64,000 nt of DNA. It comes from Macrostomum lignano. Its lineage: Eukaryota. Of the stretch, positions 1 through 38,519 are shown piece after piece. The translations under genes and the position numbers were made by a program. Location: the NCBI GenBank assembly GCA_002269645.1, contig NIVC01002516.1, positions 1 through 64,000 on the forward strand. The letters run 5' to 3'. The stretch's first letter is position 1, and every line of letters starts with the position of its first letter. The notes under the pieces are model-generated. The model was not told where the DNA came from. It did not search any database and was given only the letters and a program-made list of their open reading frames with translations.

Positions 1-26696
<26,696 letters not shown>

Positions 26697-26763
26697 TTCA
26701 ATGCTTCGCTGAGAAGCGGCTTAGCCGTGCTCTCTGGTTGCGTCTCTTGGTCTGGCACGCGGG

Positions 26764-26770
26764 TTTTATA
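26764..26770 (-). promoter_or_regulatory. Candidate TATA box of the cubilin gene
   Basis: TATAAAA on the minus strand ~68 nt upstream of the inferred ATG. Position only; not verified. Confidence 0.35.
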
Positions 26771-26959
26771 TTCCTGTTTGTGCCAGGCGTGAATTTCACC
26801 CTGATTTAAACGCCTACCAGCTCCCGGTAATGAGATGCAACCATGCCCTATAAAGTTGATATTATTGTTTAGAAATTAGTTTAACAAAACGCGTGGAGTT
26901 TTACGCCTACAGATCTGGAGTGGAAATTAAACATAAGCTATGAGATAGACTCTGAACCT

Positions 26960-27490
26960 TAGTGACCTATCTGAACCTTAGTGACCGATCTGAACTTTTG
27001 TGACCGATCTGAACTTTTGTGACCGATCTGAACTTTTGTGACCGATCTGAACTTTTGTGACCGATCTGAACTCTTGTGACCGATCTGAACCTTTGTGACC
27101 GATCTGAAACTTTGAGACCTATCTGAACCTTTGTGACCGATCTGAAACTTTGAGACCTATCTGAACTTTTGTGACCGATCTGAACTTTTGTGACCGATCT
27201 GAACCTTTGTGACCGATCTGAAACTTTGAGACCTATCTGAACCTTTGTGACCTAAGTGAATCTTTGTAGCCTATCTGAACTTTTGTAACCTATCTGAACC
27301 TTTGTGACCGATCTGAAATTTTGTGACCGATCTGAACTTTTGTGACCGATCTGAACTTTTGTGACCGATCTAAACTTTTGTGACCGATCTGAAACTTTGA
27401 GACCGATCTGAAACTTTGAGACCTATCTGAACTTTTGTGACCGATCTGAACCTTTGTGACCGATCTGAACCTTTGTGAACCTTTGTGATG
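26960..27490. repeat. 19-bp minisatellite
   Basis: (gaccgatctgaacttttgt)n. Confidence 0.95.
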
Positions 27491-28029
27491 TTTGTGAAAC
27501 TTGCTGTACCTTTGTGGCCTTTCTAAACCTTTTTGAATCTCTCCAAATCTTTCTAAACATGTGAAGACTTCCTTGTGAACCTTGCTAAAGTACCTACTAA
27601 AGAGTTAATCAACCAAAGTTTAATCGATAACACTAACCGTGTACTGCCATTTTTGTGGTACAAACAGAAAAGCTGAGCTTCCACTCCAGACGCTGTGTAT
27701 TTGAACTCCCCTACCTAGAGTCTGATAAGTTTTGACTTGATTTTTTTCGGCTGCTATTAACTAGCAGAAGTAGCCAGTTTGCTACCTGCGCAGGCGGTAA
27801 ATTAATGCAAGCTGTGACGAATATAATTTGCATTTTTAGTGGACTAAATTCTGCAGTGATATGCAACACTCGCGCACAGGCTGCTGCAACACCTCCCTCG
27901 ATCGTCAACACGCGTTTCGCAAACGTATCAAGTTGAGTGAGTTAAAGGTTTTCGAGTTTCAATTTCAGCGGACAAGCTAATTATTCTTTTTTAATTAAAT
28001 TAAATTTGGAATTAGACTGAGCTTTGCTA

Positions 28030-29145
28030 TCTCAATTTCCCGCCTCAGCCAAAACTTCATGCTAGCTAGATTAACTTTCCTCCTTAGCCAAAACTTCATG
28101 CTAGCTAAATCAACTTCCCGCCTTAGCCAAAACTTCATGCTAGCTAAATAATGAACTTCCCGCCTTAGCCAAAACTTCATGCTAGCTAAATAATGAACTT
28201 CCAGCCTTAGCCAAAACTTCATGATAGCTAAATAATGAACTTCCCGCCTTAGCCAAAACTTCATGATAGCTAAATAATGAACTTCCCGCCTTAGCCAAAA
28301 CTTCATGCTAGCTAAATAATGAACTTCCAGCCTTAGCCAAAACTTCATGATAGCTAAATAATGAACTTCCCGCCTTAGCCAAAACTTCATGATAGCTAAA
28401 TAATGAACTTCCCGCCTTAGCCAAAACTTCATGCTAGCTAAATAATGAACTTCCCGCCTTAGCCAAAACTTCATGATAGCTAAATAATGAACTTCCCGCC
28501 TTAGCCAAAACTTCATGCTAGCTAAATAATGAACTTCCCGCCTTAGCCAAAACTTCATGCTAGCTAAATAATGAACTTCCCGCCTTAGCCAAAACTTCAT
28601 GCTAGCTAAATAATGAACTTCCCGCCTTAGCCAAAACTTCATGCTAGCTAAATCAACTTCCCGCCTTAGCCAAAACTTCATGATAGCTAAATAATGAACT
28701 TCCCGCCTTAGCCAAAACTTCATGATAGCTAAATAATGAACTTCCCGCCTTAGCCAAAACTTCATGATAGCTAAATAATGAACTTCCCGCCTTAGCCAAA
28801 ACTTCATGCTAGCTAAATCAACTTCCCGCCTTAGCCAAAACTTCATGCTAGCTAAATCAACTTCCCGCCTTAGCCAAAACTTCATGCTAGCTAAATAATG
28901 AACTTCCCGCCTTAGCCAAAACTTCATGATAGCTAAATAATGAACTTCCCGCCTTAGCCAAAACTTCATGATAGCTAAATAATGAACTTCCCGCCTTAGC
29001 CAAAACTTCATGCTAGCTAAATAATGAACTTCCCGCCTTAGCCAAAACTTCATGCTAGCTAAATAATGAACTTCCCGCCTTAGCCAAAACTTCATGATAG
29101 CTAAATAATGAAATTCCCGCCTTAGCCAAAACTTCATGATAGCTC
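28030..29145. repeat. 42-bp minisatellite with 39-bp variants
   Basis: (aacttcccgccttagccaaaacttcatgctagctaaataatg)n. Confidence 0.97.
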
Positions 29146-29474
29146 CTTGCATGCACCTTACGCTCGGCTTGAATCTTAAAAACGAATGAAAAAATAGTCA
29201 TGTCACATAAACTTTTGTACCTTAGAGGAACAAAAGACCCAGGTGCAAGATTTGCAGTCGCAGAAGAAAATTATGCCTTCTACACGGAAGCTATAGTTCA
29301 ATTTTCCTTCAGCAAAGATGTTAATAAGAAAAGTAAAAATAATGCTTTTTTGAAAATATGCGACTGCAGTGTTGATGCCCCTTCCTTGACTTTTGATGTC
29401 ATATCATACTCGCCAATCGGTAAATTGCAAAAACAGCTGGGCAATGAATTCGCGATTGAATTTTGGGACGTTTT

Positions 29475-29695
29475 TCATATTGTACATTTAGACAGATTCT
29501 GATATTGTACATTTAGACAGATTCTGATATTGTACATTCAGACAGATTCTGACATGTACATTTAGACAGATTCTGATATGTACATTTTGACAGATTCTGA
29601 TATGTACATTTAGACAGATTCTGATATGTACATTTAGACGGATTCTGCTATGTACATTCAGACAGATTCTGCTATGTACATTTAGATGGATTCTG
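29475..29695. repeat. 24/25-bp satellite, left block
   Basis: (gtacatttagacagattctgatat[t])n, same unit as 31966-36300. Confidence 0.95.
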
Positions 29696-30118
29696 GATGG
29701 AGCTCTGGGTCCGGACGAGGTGCCCATCGAGGCGCTGCGACTCGACTGTGTGGCCAGCGAGGTCGTCAGTGTGATGAACAGCGTGCTTTTCGATGAGGCG
29801 GCACCCAACGAATGGACCCCGGCGCACATCGTCGCTATTCCGAAGAAGCCGTGCACCACACGGCTTGAGGAGCACCAAGGTATCTGCCTGCAGTCCTGCG
29901 TTGCGAAGTTGTTCAACCGGATGCTGTTATCGCGGTTGCCGCCCGTGCTGGATCCGTACCTTCGTCCTGAGTAGAACGGGTTCCGGCCCCATCGCGGCAC
30001 AGTGGCGCAGATCCTGGCTCTTCGCCGAGTCATCGAAGAAGCGCGGACCCACCAGTGGAGCCTGATTGCTCTCTTTATTGACTTCAGGAAGGTTTTCGAC
30101 GCGGTCGTGAGGGCCGTA

Positions 30119-31464
30119 CGAGGTGTATTCAAAAAGTTCTTTTCGGTGCCCTACAAAACTGAACACAAAACAACTGGAACTATGAAAACACTGTTAGATT
30201 GCTTAACATGATTCGGTCACTCAACATATTCACCGCCAATGTCTTTGCACTTCTGCCAGCGATTTACCAGGCCTCTGATTCCGGAACTCACACCACTCGC
30301 GTCCGTTTGGCGAACAGCTTGATTGCATGCAGCCTCAATGTGCTCGACGCTGTCGAATCGAATGCCCCGAAGGTGCTTCTTCACAGATGGAAATAAGAAG
30401 AAGTCGCACGGCGACAAATCAGGCGAATAGGCTGGATGTTGGAGCACTTCCCATCCCCATTTGCTCAGGAGTTCCACGACGTTGTGCTTGCGATGTGCTG
30501 GCGCATTGTCGTGCAGCAGGATCACGCCAGATTACAGCAGATCAGGGCGCTTCTTTCGTATTGCTGGGCGCAGCTTCTCCTGCAGAATCCACTTGTAGTA
30601 GTCCCCATTGACGGTGGTTCCTTGTGGGACTGCCCAGTTCAGCAGGATTCCTTGGGAATCAAAAAACATGACGTGCATGATCTTCATCGCGCCCTGCTTC
30701 CTGATGGCCTTCTGAGGTCTTGGAGAATGTGCTGGAAGCCATTCGGCAGACTGGGCCTTTGTCTCAGGATCCCAGCTGTAAACCCACGTCTCGTCTCCAG
30801 CTACAATTCTTGATAGAAAATCCTCCCCTTCTCGATGGAACCGACGCAGGTAGCTGCTTGAAGCCAGAGTTCACTGCATCTTTTGCTCACCTGTCAGCAG
30901 GTGTGGCACCCACTTGCAAAACTTTTTCTGCAGGTGAAGACGCTCCGTCAGAATGGTGTGGACGCTTCCTACTGACACACCAACGTCTTCTGCCAACTCT
31001 TCGCAAGTCCGTCGCCGATCATCATCCAGGAGCTCTTGCACTTTCTTCACAACAGTCTCGTTGGTTGCAGTCATCGGCCTTCCAGAGCGATCATTGTCCT
31101 CAACGCTCTCTCTTCCCTCAGCGAACAGCCGGTACCATTTTCGAACTGTCTGCTCAGTTGGTGCACATTTGCCAAGCACTTGCTGAAGCTCCCTAAACAT
31201 ATCCGGTGGCTTTTTTCCTTGCAGAAACTGAAACTTCATCAAGCTTCGAACGTCTTACTTTGAAAATGATTCAGCCATGGCCAAGAAATTGAGTGGTAGC
31301 TGATAGAAATGTTCGCTGCTCTAACATAGTTGCAAACTGAGACTTAAAACCCTAGGAACGTTTAGGCCATAGACATAACTTGGTGAAATCGCTAAAATTC
31401 TGTTTACAAGGCTTTTTAAAAATAAATGCCAAAGGACCGAAAAGAACTTTTTGAATACACCTCG
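30119..31464 (-). mobile_element. Full-length mariner (DD34D) element, 1346 bp
   Basis: Perfect 29-bp TIRs cgaggtgtattcaaaaagttcttttcggt; TA TSD at 30117-30118 and 31465-31466. Confidence 0.97.
30217..31278 (-). pseudogene. Mariner transposase with three premature stops
   Basis: One frame, MAESFSK*DVRSLMKF..WVPHLLT..Q*..IVAGDETWV..LL*SGVILLHDNAPAH..HPAYSPDLSPCDFFLF, showing the WVPHLL, GDETW, HDNA and YSPDL motifs. Confidence 0.93.
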
Positions 31465-31965
31465 TACTCCCAATGGTGCTTCGTGTGTACAACGTGCCAG
31501 AGCAGCTGATTTCCGCTGTCATGGCGCTGTATCACGGCACGAACGCTGCTGTGCTGACACCGGACGGCCTGTCGGATTTCTTTGAGACATCCTCTCGGGT
31601 GCTTCAAGGAGATACGCTTGCGCCGTTCCTGTTCGTTCTGGTGCTTGACTGGGTGCTGCGGACTGCTCTCTCTTGTAACGACGACGGCTTATTGCTGCAG
31701 CGACTCGTGGGTCGACACCAACCGGAGAGGCGGCTCAGCATGCTTGGCTACGCCGACTATCTCGCCCGGCTGTCCTCGACCGTCGAGGGCGCCAGCGCCA
31801 GCTGGACCGGCTGGTCGAGTTTCGGCCTGGTGGTCAACACGCAGAAGACCGTCGTGCTATGCGTCCTGGACGACATCAAGGCTACAATTTTCTGCCGAAG
31901 CGCTGACAGACAGGTGACGAGGCTTCTGTGCTGTCAGCAGTTTGTCTACCTCGGCGGTCTGGTGC

Positions 31966-34900
31966 TGCAGATTCTGATACTGTACATTTAGACAGATTCT
32001 GATATTGTACATTTAGACAGATTCAGATACTGTACATTTAGACATATTCTGATATTGTACATTTAGACAGATTCTGATATTGTACATTTAGACATATTCT
32101 GATATTGTACATTTAGACAGATTCTTATATTGTACATTTAGACATATTCTGATATTGTACATTTAGACAGATTCTTATATTGTACATTTAGACATATTCT
32201 GATATTGTACATTTAGACAGATTCTGATATTGTACATTCAGACAGATTCAGATTTTGTACATTTAGACAGATTCTGATACTGTACATTTAGACATATTCT
32301 GATATTGTACATTTAGACAGATTCAGATTTTGTACATTTAGACAGATTCTGATACTGTACATTTAGACAGATTCTTATATTGTACATTTAGACAGATTCA
32401 GATATTGTACATTTAGACAGATTCTGATATTGTACATTCAGACAGATTCAGATTTTGTACATTTAGACAGATTCTGATATTGTACATTTAGACAGATTCT
32501 GATATTGTACATTCAGACAGATTCTGATATGTACATTTAGACAGATTCTGATATTGTACATTCAGACAGATTCTGATATGTACATTTAGACAGATTCTGA
32601 TATTGTACATTTAGACAGATTCTGATATTGTACATTCAGACAGATTCTGATATTGTACATTTAGACAGATTCTGATATTGTACATTCAGACAGATTCAGA
32701 TTTTGTACATTTAGACAGATTCTGATATTGTACATTTAGACAGATTCTGATATTGTACATTCAGACAGATTCTGATATTGTACATTTAGACAGATTCTGA
32801 TATGTACATTTAGACAGATTCAGATATGTACATTTAGATGGATTCTGATATGTACATTTAGACAGATTCTGATATTGTACATTCAGACAGATTCAGATAT
32901 GTACATTTAGACAGATTCTGATATTGTACATTTAGACAGATTCTGATATTGTACATTCAGACAGATTCTGATATGTACATTTAGACAGATTCTGATATTG
33001 TACATTCAGACAGATTCTGATATGTACATTTAGACAGATTCTGATATTGTACATTTAGACAGATTCTGATATTGTACATTCAGACAGATTCTGATATTGT
33101 ACATTTAGACAGATTCTGATATTGTACATTCAGACAGATTCAGATTTTGTACATTTAGACAGATTCTGATATTGTACATTTAGACAGATTCTGATATTGT
33201 ACATTCAGACAGATTCTGATATTGTACATTTAGACAGATTCTGATATGTACATTTAGACAGATTCAGATATGTACATTTAGATGGATTCTGATATGTACA
33301 TTTAGACAGATTCTGATATTGTACATTTAGACAGATTCTGATATTGTACATTTAGACAGATTCAGATATGTACATTTAGACAGATTCTGATATTGTACAT
33401 TTAGACAGATTCTGATATTGTACATTTAGACATATTCAGATATTGTACATTTAGACAGATTCTGATATTGTACATTCAGACAGATTCAGATTTTGTACAT
33501 TCAGACAGATTCTGATATTGTACATTCAGACAGATTCAGATATGTACATTTAGACAGATTCTGATATTGTACATTTAGACAGATTCTGATATTGTACATT
33601 TAGACATATTCAGATATTGTACATTTAGACAGATTCTGATATTGTACATTCAGACAGATTCAGATTTTGTACATTTAGACAGATTCTGATATTGTACATT
33701 TAGACAGATTCTGATATTGTACATTTAGACAGATTCTGATATGTACATTTAGACAGATTCTGATATTGTACATTTAGACAGATTCTGATATGTACATTTA
33801 GACAGATTCTGATATGTACATTTAGACAGATTCTGATATTGCACATTCAGACAGATTCTGATATTGTACATTTAGACAGATTCTGATATGTACATTTAGA
33901 CAGATTCTGATATGTACATTTAGACAGATTCTGATATGTACATTTAGACAGATTCTGATATGTACATTTAGACATATTCAGATATTGTACATTTAGACAG
34001 ATTCTGATATTGTACATTCAGACAGATTCAGATTTTGTACATTCAGACAGATTCTGATATTGTACATTCAGACAGATTCAGATATGTACATTTAGACAGA
34101 TTCTGATATTGTACATTTAGACAGATTCTGATATTGTACATTTAGACATATTCAGATATTGTACATTTAGACAGATTCTGATATTGTACATTCAGACAGA
34201 TTCAGATTTTGTACATTTAGACAGATTCTGATATTGTACATTTAGACAGATTCTGATATTGTACATTTAGACAGATTCTGATATTGTACATTTAGACAGA
34301 TTCTGATATGTACATTTAGACAGATTCTGATATTGTACATTTAGACAGATTCTGATATGTACATTTAGACAGATTCTGATATGTACATTTAGACAGATTC
34401 TGATATTGCACATTTAGACAGATTCTGATATTGTACATTTAGACAGATTCTGATATGTACATTTAGACAGATTCTGATATGTACATTTAGACAGATTCTG
34501 ATATGTACATTTAGACAGATTCTGATATGTACATTTAGACAGATTCTGATATGTACATTTAGACAGATTCTGATATGTACATTTAGACAGATTCTGATAT
34601 GTACATTTAGACAGATTCTGATATGTACATTTAGACAGATTCTGATATGTACATTTAGACAGATTCTGATATGTACATTTAGACAGATTCTGATATGTAC
34701 ATTTAGACAGATTCTGATATGTACATTTAGACAGATTCTGATATGTACATTTAGACAGATTCTGATATTGTACATTTAGACAGATTCTGATATTGTACAT
34801 TTAGACAGATTCAGATATTGTACATTTAGACAGATTCTGATATTGTACATTTAGACAGATTCTGATTTGTACATTTAGACAGATTCTGATATTGTACATT

Positions 34901-36300
34901 TAGACAGATTCTGATATGTACATTTAGACAGATTCTGATATTGTACATTTAGACAGATTCTGATATTGTACATTTAGACATATTCTGATATTGTACATTT
35001 AGACAGATTCTTATATTGTACATTTAGACAGATTCAGATATTGTACATTTAGACAGATTCTGATATTGTACATTTAGACAGATTCTGATTTGTACATTTA
35101 GACAGATTCTGATATTGTACATTTAGACAGATTCTGATATTGTACATTTAGACAGATTCTGATATGTACATTTAGACAGATTCTGATATTGTACATTTAG
35201 ACAGATTCTGATATGTACATTTAGACAGATTCTGATATTGTACATTTAGACAGATTCTGATATGTACATTTAGACAGATTCTGATATTGTACATTTAGAC
35301 AGATTCTGATATGTACATTTAGACAGATTCTGATATGTACATTTAGACAGATTCTGATATGTACATTTAGACAGATTCTGATATGTACATTTAGACAGAT
35401 TCTGATATGTACATTTAGACAGATTCTGATATGTACATTTAGACAGATTCTGATATGTACATTTAGACAGATTCTGATATTGTACATTTAGACAGATTCT
35501 GATATTGTACATTTAGACAGATTCTGATATTGTACATTTAGACAGATTCTGATATTGTACATTTAGACAGATTCTGATATTGTACATTTAGACAGATTCT
35601 GATATGTACATTTAGACAGATTCTGATATGTACATTTAGACAGATTCTGATATGTACATTTAGACAGATTCTGATATTGTACATTTAGACAGATTCTGAT
35701 ATGTACATTTAGACAGATTCTGATATGTACATTTAGACAGATTCTGATATGTACATTTAGACAGATTCTGATATGTACATTTAGACAGATTCTGATATGT
35801 ACATTTAGACAGATTCTGATATGTACATTTAGACAGATTCTGATATGTACATTTAGACAGATTCTGATATGTACATTTAGACAGATTCTGATATGTACAT
35901 TTAGACAGATTCTGATATGTACATTTAGACAGATTCTGATATGTACATTTAGACAGATTCTGATATGTACATTTAGACAGATTCTGATATGTACATTTAG
36001 ACAGATTCTGATATGTACATTTAGACAGATTCTGATATGTACATTTAGACAGATTCTGATATGTACATTTAGACAGATTCTGATATTGTACATTTAGACA
36101 GATTCTGATATGTACATTTAGACAGATTCTGATATGTACATTTAGACAGATTCTGATATGTACATTTAGACAGATTCTGATATGTACATTTAGACAGATT
36201 CTGATATGTACATTTAGACAGATTCTGATATGTACATTTAGACAGATTCTGATATGTACATTTAGACAGATTCTGATATGTACATTTAGACAGATTCTGA
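31966..36300. repeat. 24/25-bp satellite, ~4.3 kb block
   Basis: (gtacatttagacagattctgatat[t])n; source of the NVHIRICL and YQNLSKCT ORFs. Confidence 0.99.
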
Positions 36301-37570
36301 GATAGACAATAGATCAATATCTTTAGAAAATTCCAAAACCTCAATTTTATGCAGCCCATTCAATTTATTCAATCGATTTGATGGCTAACACTGGTTTTCC
36401 TGTTTACTCCACCACCTGTCATGGCTGCTTAATTTTTTAGAAAATTCATCTCGGCTTCAGGAAGCCATTCTAATTAAGAAGATCGTTGCAGTTTGAAATC
36501 CAGTTAATTATTCATTTCTGCCTTTCTCCACTATGGTAATCTTATTTAATTCTCTGCAGTTTCTCGCATGCATCTTATTTAAATTGACGGAGACTAGCTC
36601 GTTGCGTGCAAGAGGTCTAAAGCTAATTCTTTTTTGCCTAATTCCTCTGCCGGGTCGTGTTCGTTTCGATTAGCTCGGCTCGGGGGAAAATAAGAATCCG
36701 ATTCTTGCAGCGCCGATGGCGACCATGCTGCAGTAATCCTCCGTGCTGCTTCTTCCGCATTTCCAATTTGTTTGAGCTTCTCCGCCATATCCGCTCGCAG
36801 TAATCAACGACTAAAGTTAGAAGAAACTCGTTGTCTGCATTCCTTGATTGGCAATTAAAAACTGTTTTGTTCCTTTGTTCCTACACTGGAGAAATAGTCG
36901 ATTGATGACGCAGAAGCAGGGTCTTTCGCGGAAACATCATTTTGAAATTCAATTTTTCATCTTACGCTCGTAATATCAAATTCAGAAATCGTGACGGAAA
37001 CGTTGTTTCAAAGCCTGAAGGTTTTAGAAAGATTTTTATGCACTTATATGATCAGCCAGTCTAGCTACTCTTCAACTCTCAAATTACTTGCACCTGACAT
37101 TGTGTGTGGGCTTTACACCCTTCGCGTGCTCTGCGAACCCATATGTTTCTGCGCCTAGCCAGTCCAAATGCGTGCCCCGAACAGGGCTTAAGCTGTTTTC
37201 GAGCTTTCGAGCTTTACAAAATTTTCTGTACGCTCCGCTCCCCCTGATACGCTGTACTGGTTTGTATGTTTGTGTGTTTGTTTGTGCGTGCGTGTGCAAA
37301 CCCTCGCTAGCGAGCACACGCTGTTTGAACAGGCTGGGGGAGAGGTCAGTGACGGTCAAGGGGGTCAGGCCGATGCTCAGCAGATCCTCCGTGAGTGGCC
37401 CGCAGAGTGGTGGTGCGGGCTTGGCCTCAATGCAGGGGCTCCGTCGGGTCGTGAAGCATCAGGGAGGCCGAGGGAAGGCGTCCCGCGGACCATGGCTACG
37501 GAGGCAGTGGCAGTGGCAGTGGTTGGTGCTCAGAGACGGTGCTTGCGCGGATGCAGTTATTAAACATTAT

Positions 37571-37984
37571 TGTGGTGACTTGGCTGGGCTAATTGTTGTT
37601 AGTGTTGTTAGCATGTACTTTATTCATTGTTTTGGAGGTGGTGTTTTTACCCGTTTCACTACGTGCGTCTTTCGAAAATATGTTCGTTCTTACTCATGTA
37701 CGCTCTTTATTCTAGCCGCTCTTGCTCTCCACCCCTAAGCCTTATCCACCCAATGTATCGTGCTCAACAATTACAGTATAAATCGCAGTCACTTGACTCA
37801 TATCAAGCGTATATCGTTCTACAATCTAAAGTGAAATCTTTACACTGGCGACGATCCATGAGCTTGTTGGGCTCAATTGAACCCTTTGAAGAGGGGACTG
37901 AAAAATGGCAGCAATATCAAGCCAGACTGGAGCACAGTTTTTCGAGGCGAACGACATCAAACCTGAAGAGCAGCGTGCGGTCCT
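37571..37984 (+). mobile_element. LTR-like segment, PBS and gag start of a Gypsy-type element (truncated)
   Basis: TG-initial segment ending tttaca, followed by TGGCGACGAT (37846-37855) and ATG 37858 MSLLGSIEPFEEGTEKWQQYQARLEH/FFEANDIKPEEQRAVL (one frameshift), a typical gag N-terminus. Confidence 0.65.
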
Positions 37985-38187
37985 TGTGGTAACTTGGCCT
38001 GCGTGCGCGCCGGGGGCGGGTGCTGTGTGTGGGTTAAGTTGTTTTTGATCTCTCGCAACTCTGGCTGAATGTACTTTGCTAGCGCGGGGTGGGTGGTTAG
38101 GGTGAGTCAGACGATCGATAATAAATTGTTTCAGTATAAAGCTGGCTTTTCAGCCTGCAAAGTTGTTTGTGTTTTTGTGTCACAACA
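37985..38187. mobile_element. LTR-like segment interrupting the gag start
   Basis: TGTGGT...ACAACA ends with internal aataaa and tataaa. No TSD identified. Confidence 0.35.
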
Positions 38188-38519
38188 AAGTTCGGACTTG
38201 ACTTTATTTCAGTCCTTCTGAGCGTCTGTGGCAGGAAGACCTACCTTTAGGGCTTTTATAAACAACCACCTGAGTTCGATTGCTCTGAACCTCTTAGCCA
38301 ATTTCTGTAATTCGCTTACATGTATATGAAATTTCGCTCGAAAAGTCTAGAAGAACCACGGATGAAAAATCTCATCGGTAAACTTTTGCGGGAAAATTTC
38401 TACAGGAAACTCCCATGCTCCCCCGTCCGTCCGCCCCCCGACAGCAGATTCCTCAATCGTTGCCAGGCCTTCTGTGATCTTCACTGCATGATGAGCCGAG
38501 TCGGAGTCAGTCTCAGGGT

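Larger units (their letters stand above)
29697..31965 (+). pseudogene. Internal reverse-transcriptase fragment of an RTE-like non-LTR retrotransposon, interrupted by mariner
   Basis: ALGPD..W..AHIVAIPKK..GICLQSCVAKLFNRMLLSRL..*NGFRPHRG..FIDFRKVFDAV|..VLQGDTLAPFLF..GYADY. In-frame TAG near 29972; YADD is mutated to YADY; the frame is restored when the mariner plus one TA is removed. Confidence 0.9.

Noticed and set aside
27905-27935. Second hammerhead (GAAACGCGT on the minus strand)
   Set aside because: No CTGANGA core upstream, and the cleavage position is G.
27995-29152. 385-aa MKFWLRREVHYLAS repeat protein
   Set aside because: Translation of the 42-bp minisatellite; the unit length is a multiple of 3 and one frame lacks stops by chance.
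36594-36788. 64-aa minus-strand ORF MAEKLKQIGN...
   Set aside because: Plausible composition but no recognisable domain or supporting splice partners; cannot be supported without expression data.
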